From positions 1 through 52,489 of IMG/VR virus record IMGVR_UViG_3300032242_002525: a stretch of 52,489 bases of DNA; one strand, 5' to 3'. Below are positions 1 through 10,200 of the stretch, piece by piece (the stretch's first letter is position 1; every line of letters starts with the position of its first letter). Source of the stretch: a virus (taxonomy: Duplodnaviria; Caudoviricetes). The translations under genes were made by a program, and so were the position numbers. Below the pieces are notes generated by a model, which ran no database searches, was not told the origin of the DNA, and saw only the letters and a program-made list of their open reading frames with translations.

Positions 1-30
1 AAAAAAACCATTAGATAATAGAACCATTTT

Positions 31-1044
31 TTAAAATATATCATCCCAATTTTCACCCTCACCTGGTTTTGAATAATCGGTAGGTCTCATTGCAAAGAAA
101 TCAGTCCATGTAACCCCTCCAGTTAGATTATAAAACCAATCTAATTCAGAAGCTTTTTCTTCATTAAATTCAAAATAGTTATCACTTCCTTTAATTGGGT
201 TATATCCTAATTCCGCCAATTTTTCATTAACTCTTTTAGTAATAAATTCTTTTAAATCATTCTTTTTAAGATTCTCCAAATCACCCATCTCAAAAATCTT
301 GTCAATGAATTTATGTTCTAAATCTCTTATGATTTCTGCCGCTTCATAAATTGCCGGCTTAGCTTCATTTAATAATTCAGGAAACTCTTCACACATATGT
401 CTAAATAATTGACAACCCATCTTTGAATGTAAAGATTCATCTCTAACACTCCATTTCATTTGTTGTCCAATTCCTTTCAATAGATTTCTCATTTGGAAAG
501 AATACAATACTGCGAATGATGAATATAATGCAACACCTTCCGCAAATGCTGAAAATATTGCAAGTGAACGAGCAACCTCAACTCTTGCTTTATGATTTTT
601 TTGTAAATCTTTAGGAGTCCAATCTGCTGTCGTATTTGTCAACAATTCGAATCTTTCTTTCATAACCTCATCATGCATAAATCCTGCAAAATCATCTAAA
701 CCTAATGTTTCATTAAGATATGAATATGCAATTGAATGGATCGTTTCTTGTGAACCAAAAGCCATTGCCATTTGTCTAATCTCATGTTTTGGAAACCACT
801 TAGTAACCATACCCGTCCAATAATCCGATACCGCACATTCTGTCTGTGCAAACCCTAATAGGATATTACCAACTAAATGTTTTTCAGATTCACTTAAATT
901 TTCATTCCAATCTTTAACATCACCTTGCATAGGTATTTCGGTATGTAACCAAAATGCTTGCATTTGCTTTAACCAACCTTCATTATAATAATCCGGATAT
1001 TCGAATGGTTTGAAAGGCACTCTTTCTGTAAATAATTTGCTCAT
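31..1044 (-). CDS. nrdB: Ribonucleotide reductase class I beta (R2) subunit
   Basis: Di-metal ligand motifs QTEC, ETIH, EGV and DESLH are present, with the radical Tyr in ETIHSIAY; PFEYP..FW N-terminus; DFFAMRPTDYSK tail. Confidence 0.95.
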   Translation of the reverse strand: MSKLFTERVPFKPFEYPDYYNEGWLKQMQAFWLHTEIPMQGDVKDWNENLSESEKHLVGNILLGFAQTECAVSDYWTGMVTKWFPKHEIRQMAMAFGSQETIHSIAYSYLNETLGLDDFAGFMHDEVMKERFELLTNTTADWTPKDLQKNHKARVEVARSLAIFSAFAEGVALYSSFAVLYSFQMRNLLKGIGQQMKWSVRDESLHSKMGCQLFRHMCEEFPELLNEAKPAIYEAAEIIRDLEHKFIDKIFEMGDLENLKKNDLKEFITKRVNEKLAELGYNPIKGSDNYFEFNEEKASELDWFYNLTGGVTWTDFFAMRPTDYSKPGEGENWDDIF

Positions 1045-1065
1045 TTTTGTTCTGATTTTTTTTGA

Positions 1066-2448
1066 TTAAATAACGACAACCTTTTTCTCTTGTGCCTTTT
1101 TATATACTTCAGCAACTCTATTTGCTCTCTCTTGAGTTACTTGCTTTTCATGACCAAGTAATGTATTAACTGTGTCTGTATTGATAGTCAAGAACTGATT
1201 GTTAAATGTACAGTTTTGGAATATAATACCATCTTTACCAATACGAGATTTTAATAAGGTCAATGTCGCTAAATTATGTTCTTTTTGCTCTAATGTTTTA
1301 CCAATAGATAAAATAACGTGAGCAATTTGTGCTTTCTTAATTGAACCACCCATTTGATCACCAGTTACAACTTCTGAAGAAATTGATTCACGGTTACCTT
1401 GTGTTGCTGTCCAAACAGCTATTTCAAATTCACCTGTCATTGATTCTAATTGTCTCATGATCGAACCTTCACCTTTCCACTCTTCGCCATTTGTTGCACG
1501 TTCAGGTGAAATACAATCTACATAGTCAATAAGTAACATATCCACCTTGAAACCGTCAGAAATCATCTTTCTAAGTTTGTTTTTAATTTCTGATATTGTT
1601 ACACCATCACTAGGTAATTTTAATAACTTAATAGCTCCTTTTGATCTATCTTCAGCACCTTTTACCGCAGCTTTAACCGCTTCTACATTCTCTGGTTGTT
1701 CATCTGAGGATATACCTGACCAAATAGTGTAATGCTTTCTTTTGATGTCACCTGCGTTATCCTCGAAGAAGATTTGAACCACATTATGACCTTCATTGTA
1801 AGCTGTGTTAGCAAACTTAGTCAACAAGGTTGTTTTACCTGTTCCTGTCGGTGCTAATACGATACCCAATTCACCACGACCCAAACCACCTTTTAATAAG
1901 TTATCGATACCAACAATACCTGTTGGAATTGGTAAACGATAATCTTTCTCCAAAGCAGCATCAATGTCTTGGAATACATCTGTTGCTTCATCACCATCAA
2001 GACCAACTTGCATTGCTTTTTGGATGATTTCTTCAATCTTGTTGTACTCCTCAAATTTACCATTATCAATGATATTTTGAACTAATTTAAGCTCTTTTTT
2101 AAGATTTTGTTGCTTACAGAAGTTCAAAGCCGTTTGTTTTACAAACTCATAATCAGCTTCCATTTTGGATAATATCTCCAAAGTATCAATGTGCTGGTTA
2201 TTAGAGTTTTCCTTACTACCACCTTCAAGCTTCAATTTTTGTGCGATTGTCTCGTAGGTAGGGATTTTATCATGGGCTTTGTAAAGCTCTTTTACGTTCT
2301 CCATGATATATCTGAAAGAATTGTTATCAAAATATTTGCTATCGATTACATCGATTATTGTTTCACCGTACTTTCTATCCTCAACGATAGCTTTGATTAG
2401 GGATTGTTGAAACGAAAACCCCAAATGCCCAAAATTTCTTTCTTCCAT
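1066..2448 (-). CDS. dnaB: Replicative DnaB/T4 gp41-like helicase
   Basis: IPTGIVGIDNLLKGGL, Walker A APTGTGKTT, Walker B LLIDYVD, WTATQGNR and KSRIG motifs. Confidence 0.93.
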   Translation of the reverse strand: MEERNFGHLGFSFQQSLIKAIVEDRKYGETIIDVIDSKYFDNNSFRYIMENVKELYKAHDKIPTYETIAQKLKLEGGSKENSNNQHIDTLEILSKMEADYEFVKQTALNFCKQQNLKKELKLVQNIIDNGKFEEYNKIEEIIQKAMQVGLDGDEATDVFQDIDAALEKDYRLPIPTGIVGIDNLLKGGLGRGELGIVLAPTGTGKTTLLTKFANTAYNEGHNVVQIFFEDNAGDIKRKHYTIWSGISSDEQPENVEAVKAAVKGAEDRSKGAIKLLKLPSDGVTISEIKNKLRKMISDGFKVDMLLIDYVDCISPERATNGEEWKGEGSIMRQLESMTGEFEIAVWTATQGNRESISSEVVTGDQMGGSIKKAQIAHVILSIGKTLEQKEHNLATLTLLKSRIGKDGIIFQNCTFNNQFLTINTDTVNTLLGHEKQVTQERANRVAEVYKKAQEKKVVVI

Positions 2449-2473
2449 AGTTTATTTTAAATCAGTTAAAAAA

Positions 2474-2920
2474 TTATAATTCGTATTCTAAATAGTTAGT
2501 TTCCAATTCCTCAGATGATAATATGTCAGTTAAATCAGCCAATATTGTCTTCAGTCTTGGACGAATATCAACAGTGTATCTTACCTTTGGATGGTAGTAA
2601 TATGCTGGAAATATTCTTGAAATAAATACCTCATCTCCTAACTTAATTTCTAACAAAAATTCTTCTTTTTGCTCCGATTTTGATTCTTCCACATTTTCAA
2701 AATTGAGGATATAATTCATATTTTCGCATAGATAATCGGAACTTTTTATTTTTAAATCTTCCGCTATTTGACCACAAATATTTTTGACATAATAGTGAAG
2801 GTCCATTGATCTACGGGACTGCTCAACGTGGTCTTTTACATTAAAAAATCGTTGGCAAATGATATTACCATCTAATGATAATAGGAATTCAAATTTGGTG
2901 ATGTCTAATTGTTCTCTCAT
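2474..2920 (-). CDS. Hypothetical protein in replication operon
   Basis: 148-aa ORF with a 4-nt overlap to the upstream exonuclease; no recognisable motif. Confidence 0.8.
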   Translation of the reverse strand: MREQLDITKFEFLLSLDGNIICQRFFNVKDHVEQSRRSMDLHYYVKNICGQIAEDLKIKSSDYLCENMNYILNFENVEESKSEQKEEFLLEIKLGDEVFISRIFPAYYYHPKVRYTVDIRPRLKTILADLTDILSSEELETNYLEYEL

Positions 2921-3939
2921 ACATTTTGTATTTTTATTGTTCTTTTATTGATTATGTTTTTTTCTTTTCTTGTTAATCTCAAGAAAGGGTTTAAAAAATT
3001 TATCCAGCTATCATCAGATTTTGGTAGTAAATTAAAAAGACCGTCTTGTTGCATCATTTTCATTGCATTTTTATAAGAGCGTCCTTCTTGATCTAAATTT
3101 TCTGTAATTAGTAGGTCAATTGTTTGTTTTGCTTCGTCAGTAAGAAATGGTTGGTCCAAACTAACAATACGATTGTTCACGTCAAAAAATTCTTCTCCTA
3201 ATACACCGTGTTTTGTTACGCCTGTGAGTAAATTAGCAACAGTTTTATTGTGCTTATCTTGTTTAAAGATTTCCTCAAATTTGTCTTTTATTTGATTTAC
3301 AGAAAGATGTTCTGTCTTTAGTTCAGGGACAAGAGATAAAAATCTTTTAATTCCCATTCCTCTTATACCAGCGATGTTGTCGGAACTGTCACCACAAATT
3401 GTTTTAACCACCTTAATATTTTCTATTAAGATTTCTTCATGGTGGTAAACAATCGTATCATTTTGTTTGTAAAGTTTTTGATGAGAGGGATTATATAATT
3501 GAGTTGTTTTAGAAACAAGCTGCGCTAAATCCCCATCGGATGAATAAATAATTTTGTTTTCATTGGATTTTTGTGAATAATATGCAATACAATCATCAGT
3601 TTCGCAATATTCAAATTCTCCTTGTCTTACATATAGCTCTTCAAGATATTCTTTAACTCGTTGTCTTTGGTAGCTATGTGAATTAAGTTCTTCTTCTGTT
3701 CTAATTCTTTCCTTACGATTTTCTTTGTAATAAGCATATATTTTTCTTCTAGTTTGTGAACCATCTTTACCATCCCAGAAGACTACAATTTTATCTAGTT
3801 GATGTTTTTCGAATTCTTTGCGAAGTGTATTAAGGAAATGAAAAATACCTCCAATATGTTGTCCTTTATAAAAGGCATTTTTAAAACCATAAAACCCAAT
3901 CGTAAGTAAATTATCACCATCAACTAGTAAAACCGACAT
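2917..3939 (-). CDS. 5'-3' exonuclease / flap endonuclease (T4 RNase H, Pol I N-terminal type)
   Basis: LLVDGDNL, VVFWDG, YKENR, ETDDCIA, SSDGDLAQL and the helix-hairpin-helix GDSSDNIAGIRGMG. Confidence 0.93.
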   Translation of the reverse strand: MSVLLVDGDNLLTIGFYGFKNAFYKGQHIGGIFHFLNTLRKEFEKHQLDKIVVFWDGKDGSQTRRKIYAYYKENRKERIRTEEELNSHSYQRQRVKEYLEELYVRQGEFEYCETDDCIAYYSQKSNENKIIYSSDGDLAQLVSKTTQLYNPSHQKLYKQNDTIVYHHEEILIENIKVVKTICGDSSDNIAGIRGMGIKRFLSLVPELKTEHLSVNQIKDKFEEIFKQDKHNKTVANLLTGVTKHGVLGEEFFDVNNRIVSLDQPFLTDEAKQTIDLLITENLDQEGRSYKNAMKMMQQDGLFNLLPKSDDSWINFLNPFLRLTRKEKNIINKRTIKIQNV

Positions 3940-3953
3940 TTAAATTATGTTTA

Positions 3954-4961
3954 TTATTCTTCAATATTTTCCTCTTCGTTTTCAAACAATTCAAGTGGGG
4001 TTATATTACCCAAACTATCTTTCCAATTTTTGGAATATTCTTTTTTGTATTCTTCCAAAGCTTCTTTTGTGTCGTCGATATAACCAGTTGGTACAGCAAT
4101 TACTTTACCATCTTTGTATTGTATTCCATTAACATGGTTTTTCAATACTGAGATTTTAGTTCTAATAGCAAAACCAACTTTTCTACCATCTTTAGTTGCA
4201 TCAATGTGATTGATACCTGCTTTCTTTTGGTTACCAAATAAAAATACAAATGATGATGCTAACCATAATGCTTCTCCACCTTTTGCTTTAATTTCAGGTT
4301 GACCAAATGGATTATCAGGCAAATCTACCCAAGGTTGGTTAACCACAATCAATGTGATATATAATGGGTTTTCTTTTGTTGGGTAATCTTCTTTCTTAGA
4401 TTTAGAAATTTTTGAATGTAAACCCATACCAATTTTATCCGCTAAGGCAGCTGCATTATGTTGCTTTCCACCTTTACCTTCATACGTCATCTTACATGGA
4501 ACAGAACCAACTGAATCCCATAAGAATAATATTGATTGGTCAAGATCACCTTTTTCTTGTGCGTCAATAACCTCATTCATAAAATCAGTAATTTGTTCAA
4601 TGTATTCAAAACTATCATTGAAAATAAAATCACCTACCCATTCACCGTTTTCATCTTTCTCCGCTTGTAAACCCAATTGAACAGCATGTTCCCAATTCCA
4701 TTTCTTTTCAGTAATGATAAAAACAGGAAGATGACCTTTCTTTTGTGCATCTGCAGCAGCTAAAATTAATGCGGTTGTTTTAGATGTATTTGAATGACCT
4801 AACAACATATTAATACCACCCATAATTGGTCCTGGTAAACCTGTTGCCTTTAAAAAAGCATCTCCACAATAATAAAAACTTGGTTCTTTATATTTTGTTG
4901 TAGAAGAAAATTTCTTCTTAAAATCATCTGAATTAAACCCTTTTTTCTTTATACCTGCCAT
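3954..4961 (-). CDS. uvsX: RecA/UvsX-like recombinase
   Basis: P-loop-like GHSNTSKTT, Walker B FLWDSVGS, IVVNQ, KGGEAL and KNH motifs; adjacent to SSB. Confidence 0.85.
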   Translation of the reverse strand: MAGIKKKGFNSDDFKKKFSSTTKYKEPSFYYCGDAFLKATGLPGPIMGGINMLLGHSNTSKTTALILAAADAQKKGHLPVFIITEKKWNWEHAVQLGLQAEKDENGEWVGDFIFNDSFEYIEQITDFMNEVIDAQEKGDLDQSILFLWDSVGSVPCKMTYEGKGGKQHNAAALADKIGMGLHSKISKSKKEDYPTKENPLYITLIVVNQPWVDLPDNPFGQPEIKAKGGEALWLASSFVFLFGNQKKAGINHIDATKDGRKVGFAIRTKISVLKNHVNGIQYKDGKVIAVPTGYIDDTKEALEEYKKEYSKNWKDSLGNITPLELFENEEENIEE

Positions 4962-4981
4962 ATAATATAATATTTCATTTC

Positions 4982-5016
4982 ATTAAAAATGGGGCTTATG
5001 ACGTTATCTCCACCCC
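4982..5016 (-). terminator. Possible hairpin/terminator between SSB and recombinase
   Basis: Minus strand reads GGGG-N18-CCCC-ATTTTT directly after the SSB stop; the stem is short. Confidence 0.4.
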
Positions 5017-5022
5017 GTAAAA

Positions 5023-5865
5023 TTAGAATGGAAGATCCCCATCCACATCATCTTCCTCTTGTGGGTCAGCAATCACAGTTGTTGTTTTAGTAGCACCAAT
5101 TGTTTCTTCTGACTTAGAATCAGATACAAATTTTTTACTATCTGAATCCCAACGTGGAACTTCACCTCTTGCAACCATGTCTAAATATTCTTCTGGTTTT
5201 TTAGAATAAACATCAGACCAAGTCAATTCATCATTAACCCATGAGTTAGCTAAATCAGCATCAACGTTTAAAGGTGACGCATCTTCAGGCATAATTGAAT
5301 TTATTGCTGTGTATTCTTTACCTGTACCTGATTTAGTTAAAGATAAGAATAATGTTAAATCACGTCCTGTTTCAGGATTTGTGATATCACCTTTCTTTTG
5401 CCAAACTGGAATGATTTTATCTAAGATACCATCTTGTTTAGCGTTGTGTTTAAATCTCCAAAATTTAACACCATCAGCTTCATTATCGCGGTCAATAACC
5501 TTAACGATATAAAACTTACGAGAGCGGTAGTTACGTGCCAATTCACGATCTGCTTCAACACCTGTAGCATATAAAGCATCTTTAACTTCGTTTAATGGTG
5601 AACGCTTACCTTCTTGTTGTGGGTCATATAATTTAACCCATTTTCCATCCACTTGAACTTCGTGGAAGTAAACCTCTGTAAATGGTGAAGAACCATCTTT
5701 TGTAGGTAAAATTCTAATTCTTCTTTCTTCACCCTTACTACCTTTAGGTAATACTGTGGTGAAATACTTTTTTAGGCGGTCTTCACTAGACACCTTGTTT
5801 GCGTTGCTGCTTGCAGCGTTTTTGTTTTTTTCGTACTGTGCAAGTACTGCATCAAATGTACTCAT
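5023..5865 (-). CDS. Single-stranded DNA-binding protein, T4 gp32-like
   Basis: RIRILP..FTEVYFH, FYIVKVIDR, DITNPETGRDL and an acidic C-terminal tail ending DGDLPF. Confidence 0.88.
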   Translation of the reverse strand: MSTFDAVLAQYEKNKNAASSNANKVSSEDRLKKYFTTVLPKGSKGEERRIRILPTKDGSSPFTEVYFHEVQVDGKWVKLYDPQQEGKRSPLNEVKDALYATGVEADRELARNYRSRKFYIVKVIDRDNEADGVKFWRFKHNAKQDGILDKIIPVWQKKGDITNPETGRDLTLFLSLTKSGTGKEYTAINSIMPEDASPLNVDADLANSWVNDELTWSDVYSKKPEEYLDMVARGEVPRWDSDSKKFVSDSKSEETIGATKTTTVIADPQEEDDVDGDLPF

Positions 5866-5908
5866 AATAATAATTTTTTAATTTTTAAAATTCGATATTA
5901 AAATATAC

Positions 5909-5940
5909 AAAAAAAAACCCGGATAAAAAAATCCGGGCTT
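5909..5940 (-). terminator. Rho-independent terminator
   Basis: CCCGGAT-6nt-ATCCGGG perfect stem followed by a run of about 9 T on the minus strand, downstream of the Dps-like gene. Confidence 0.85.
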
Positions 5941-5963
5941 AATTATTTTAAAAAAATTATAAA

Positions 5964-6335
5964 TTATTCCAATGTAAGTAGATAACTTAGCTTGTTGAAC
6001 AAACCTAAAATTTCATCACGCACATTTAACAAATTTGTATCTTTTTCGTCAAATTGTTCGGTGAATTGATTTAATGCTTCAACCACTTTTTTAATCATTA
6101 TTTTAGTATTAATATCATTTACATTAAATAATTTAATAGTATCTGTTTCATCATCTAAAGTAAAACGACCATATTTTCCCATAGCTTCTTCTACAAAAGT
6201 ATCTGTTAAATCTAATAATTCATCAAAAGTTTCATCCAATGCTTTATGTTTAGCATATCCTTTAGTTTGCCAATGCATAATTTTAACTTGACAAGCTAAA
6301 CCTAATAAGAAATTTACATTAGTATTTATATTCAT
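5964..6335 (-). CDS. Dps/ferritin-like four-helix protein (DUF5856-like)
   Basis: HWQTKGYAKHKALDE..D..DTFVE..MG matches the Dps ferroxidase pattern HW..H..D..E; ends NKLSYLL. Confidence 0.75.
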   Translation of the reverse strand: MNINTNVNFLLGLACQVKIMHWQTKGYAKHKALDETFDELLDLTDTFVEEAMGKYGRFTLDDETDTIKLFNVNDINTKIMIKKVVEALNQFTEQFDEKDTNLLNVRDEILGLFNKLSYLLTLE

Positions 6336-6954
6336 CTTGAGTATCGTTTGCAGGATTAAATGTATCCTTAATCATATTATTTGTATAATCCTGTACATCA
6401 TTCTTAGTTAAAACATATTCGTTCTTACCAGCTGCTTGCATTTCAGGTAATTTACTATTGAAAAATTGTTGAGGATTTTGACTAAATGGGTATGAATCTA
6501 ATGAACGCATTTCTAATTTTTCTTCAGGGGATTTAGGTTTCATTTCTTGAACCTTTTGTCCCAATTCATCAATTTTAGATATAATTTGGTTCATTTCACC
6601 TAACTTAGATTCTAAATCATTTAATTTGGTAAAAACATCATCCATTTTACTAACAACTGTTGAGTTGTTATTTTGGCTATCTTCTTGACCTTTTTTAACG
6701 CTTTTTACCATATCAACTAAATCCGTAATATCAATTTCTTCAGTTGTATCCATTTCAGGTGCAGGTGCAGCATCTGGTGCTGGTGCGTCTGTTGGTGGTG
6801 GCACATCTCCACCTGGTGCAGGTGGTATGTCAGTTGGTGGCGCATCTCCTGCTGCTAGTGCAGGTGGAGCATCTTGTTCCATTATCATCGTTTTACCATA
6901 TTTGTTTATGGATCTATAACGATTTAATTCTTCTTGTAATTTTTGTTCTAACAT
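6319..6954 (-). CDS. Putative internal head/scaffold-like protein with Pro/Ala/Asp-rich linker and coiled coil
   Basis: N-terminal KLQEELNRY helix, a low-complexity PPAP segment and a heptad region; lies in a unit preceded by TATTTAT. Confidence 0.6.
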   Translation of the reverse strand: MLEQKLQEELNRYRSINKYGKTMIMEQDAPPALAAGDAPPTDIPPAPGGDVPPPTDAPAPDAAPAPEMDTTEEIDITDLVDMVKSVKKGQEDSQNNNSTVVSKMDDVFTKLNDLESKLGEMNQIISKIDELGQKVQEMKPKSPEEKLEMRSLDSYPFSQNPQQFFNSKLPEMQAAGKNEYVLTKNDVQDYTNNMIKDTFNPANDTQDEYKY

Positions 6955-6956
6955 GA

Positions 6957-7160
6957 TTAATCTTGTAATAATTGTCTACCGTCTTCGGTAATGTATTTTT
7001 TATTTATTCTTTCAACGATACCATCTTTGGAACGGATAACATAACATTCACCTGTTACTAAATCACATTCTTCTCTTTCCATACCATCGTTTGACGTTCT
7101 TTTAACCTGTTTAGGAGCTAAAAATTGGTCTACGGTACTATTAATTCTATTATTTTCCAT
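6957..7160 (-). CDS. Small hypothetical protein (CDLVTGEC motif)
   Basis: 67-aa ORF with TATTTAT 14 nt upstream; tightly packed with the next gene. Confidence 0.7.
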   Translation of the reverse strand: MENNRINSTVDQFLAPKQVKRTSNDGMEREECDLVTGECYVIRSKDGIVERINKKYITEDGRQLLQD

Positions 7161-7202
7161 ATTTGGTTTTTTATATAAATATCTTGTTATAGTGTATTAT
7201 TC

Positions 7203-10200
7203 CTAGGATATACTAAAATAGACTACTTGTCCATCATATAATCCCAATTTTGACATTAAAGCCGGTGATAATGCTACACCATATCCATCAACTCCTGGTC
7301 CTGAACCTATTGGTCCTTTTATATCACTAAATGAAGAAACTAAATTGTGGTTTATTGTTACAGGTGGATTTCCATTATTAGGGTTTAAGAAAGTTGTTTT
7401 TAAATTATTTAAATATCTGTATGGGGTGTCGTCTATTTGAAATTTAGATGTATAATAATATTGATTGGTATTCTTTAACAATCCCCAAGCATTTGGTATG
7501 TTTAATTTACTTAATATGTTAAATTGTAACTTATCATCTAATTTATTATTTTTACCACCCATCGTACAAGCAACAGCTCTTAAGTAAGTTTGTCCATTAA
7601 CTTGTATTTTTTGTACATACTTTTCACCTTTGTAACCATTGTATGCTATACCATAAAGATTAAATGAATCTGATAATAATTTTTCTTTAACTCCTTTAGG
7701 CGCTATACTTGATGAACCCATATCAATAGTCTTAGATTCACCTTTTGAAGTTGTTAATGTTTTTTCATTTTGTTTAGCAATATTTGTTGCACTAGCAATA
7801 TTAGTATTTGCTGAATTTACTTTAGCTAATGCTCTTTCAGTTACCATATCAAACAATGCTCTATATGCTGTTAAGAAAGTATCTTTTGGATCTGGTAAAG
7901 CAGCAAATGGCATTCTTACACCCGTAAATGAAGTTTCAATATTACCATTTTTTATATTATGTGAAACTTCCGTAATCCAATATGATCCTCTAAACATTGG
8001 TATATTCTTTAAGTAAAAGAACATAGTTGGTTGTATCATCATATTACCCATCATAGACACATGACATGTATACGATACTTGTCTAAAAATATCATATAAT
8101 CCAACGTCAATTTGATATGCTCCTGCGCCAGATTCTGAACGACCTATATTTTCGTTTACTACTTGTGATGCATATGTGTTCTTTAAACTTGTTTGGTCTA
8201 ATTGTACACCTTTAAAAATACCTTGTGCTTGATCACCAACATTAACTTCAAACGCAACGACCTTATTTGCTTTTGCCAAGTCACCTGTACCAATTATTGT
8301 ACTATTTGTAATCAATAAAGGACTACCTGGTGAAGTAAATAAATTACCACTATCATCCTTAAATTTCATTTTTTCTTGAATGTCGCTTAAGTCTAATGTT
8401 TTAGAACTTGGACCAACATATTGTAAAATAATTTTAGGCGATGATTCTTGTGTATCAACTTCTAAGAAAGTACCAAATACACTTTTAGCTAAATCAGCTG
8501 AAGTATTCTTTTTACTTTTGGTATTATAATTTGTTCCATAGAAATTAATATATGATGGTAACGCTCTAAATAAGAAATTTGAACCTTCAATGATTGTACC
8601 AATTATACTATACAAAGATGTTGTATCATCCACAGGACCATCTAAATCCATTATTTTTTGTAAACTTATATATGCTCTGTTACCAATATCTTGATTAGCT
8701 TTATCTAAAAATAAAAACTCTTCTAATAATAATCTTTGACCTATTGAATTACCTGCAATCCATTTATCGTTAAACGATTTGAATTGACTATACATTTCTA
8801 ATTTTAATGGATCTTCATTGTAACCTGGGTAGAATGTTACCTGTGGTTTTACATCAACAATATTTAATGTTTTTAACTTTTTAACCAATTGAGTCATAAA
8901 AACATCTTGTCGATTTAATATACCTGAATACGTACCAAATGTTCCTGATTTACTATAGTTTAATACATTATTTAATAAGTAAGCTTTAAATGTATTTAAA
9001 TTTGTGAATAAACCTTCTTGGTAACCACCTGCAAATATTTGTGCTAATGCTCTGAATTGTAAAACGTTTTCTTCAGTTAATTCAACATTACATAATTGGA
9101 AAAATCTTAAATAGTTACCATCAATATCTTGGCCTAAATGTAATGTTATATATTTTGCATTGCTATTATTTATATATGGATTATATTTTAATCTATTATC
9201 TTTAACACCTAAAAATCCTTTAAGAACATATAAATCTAAATTTTTAGGATTAGCTAATGTTAATTTAACATAATTATTTTTACTTAAAATATCTCCCGCT
9301 ACGTTAGATAAAATTGTTGCTTGATTTGTTGATAATTGTGTTATAATAGCTTCAGGTGTAGTAGCAGTTATTTTTGACTTTGGTACCGTAACCATAGCCT
9401 TTAATAAATCTTGAAAATTAGTATATTTCAAATTACCATTTAATGGTGTGGTTGGTATTTCATAAGTTGCTCTTTCGCTAGCAAAATCTAAAAATAAATT
9501 TTCAAATTCTTCTAATACATCTGGTGTAAATGTACCAATCAAATCTAATATCTTTCTATACTGATGTTTATTTACATCAAATAAATCACCTGTACTGTCT
9601 TTACAATATTCATAATACGATGCAAATGTTTTACCACTATACACATCATTAAATGTATTTCCTGTTTCCCAAATTATTCTAAATGCATTTTGTTCAGCAT
9701 CATTTACATATAAATTTGATTCAGGATAATTTGCACCATCACAAGGTAATAACGTATAATATTCATTCGTACTAACAATTTTGGATTCATCAACAAAATT
9801 TGTCCAGTAATTTACGCCTCTATTATTTCTTTTTCTATTATTGATTGCACCACTCGTTATATTGCTTTCGTATGATGTAAAACCATTACTATATGAATAT
9901 AATTCATAGTCATTTACAACACTATGGAATATATCATCATAGAATGGATGAATACCAATATTGTTACCATCATATGAAACATAGTTATTATCAATGAATA
10001 TTTGATCACCTGTTTCGCCACTATATATTGCACTATTTCTATCATTGTAGAAATATGTTTCACCGTCAATACCTTGTGTTACATTACTAGTATTTAAAAA
10101 TCCTGATAATATATCAGTATTATTTAATATGTAGTTCTTGTATCTATGGTAAATTGCACCCCATTTCAAAATTAGATGATATGGAATACCATGTGTTGCA

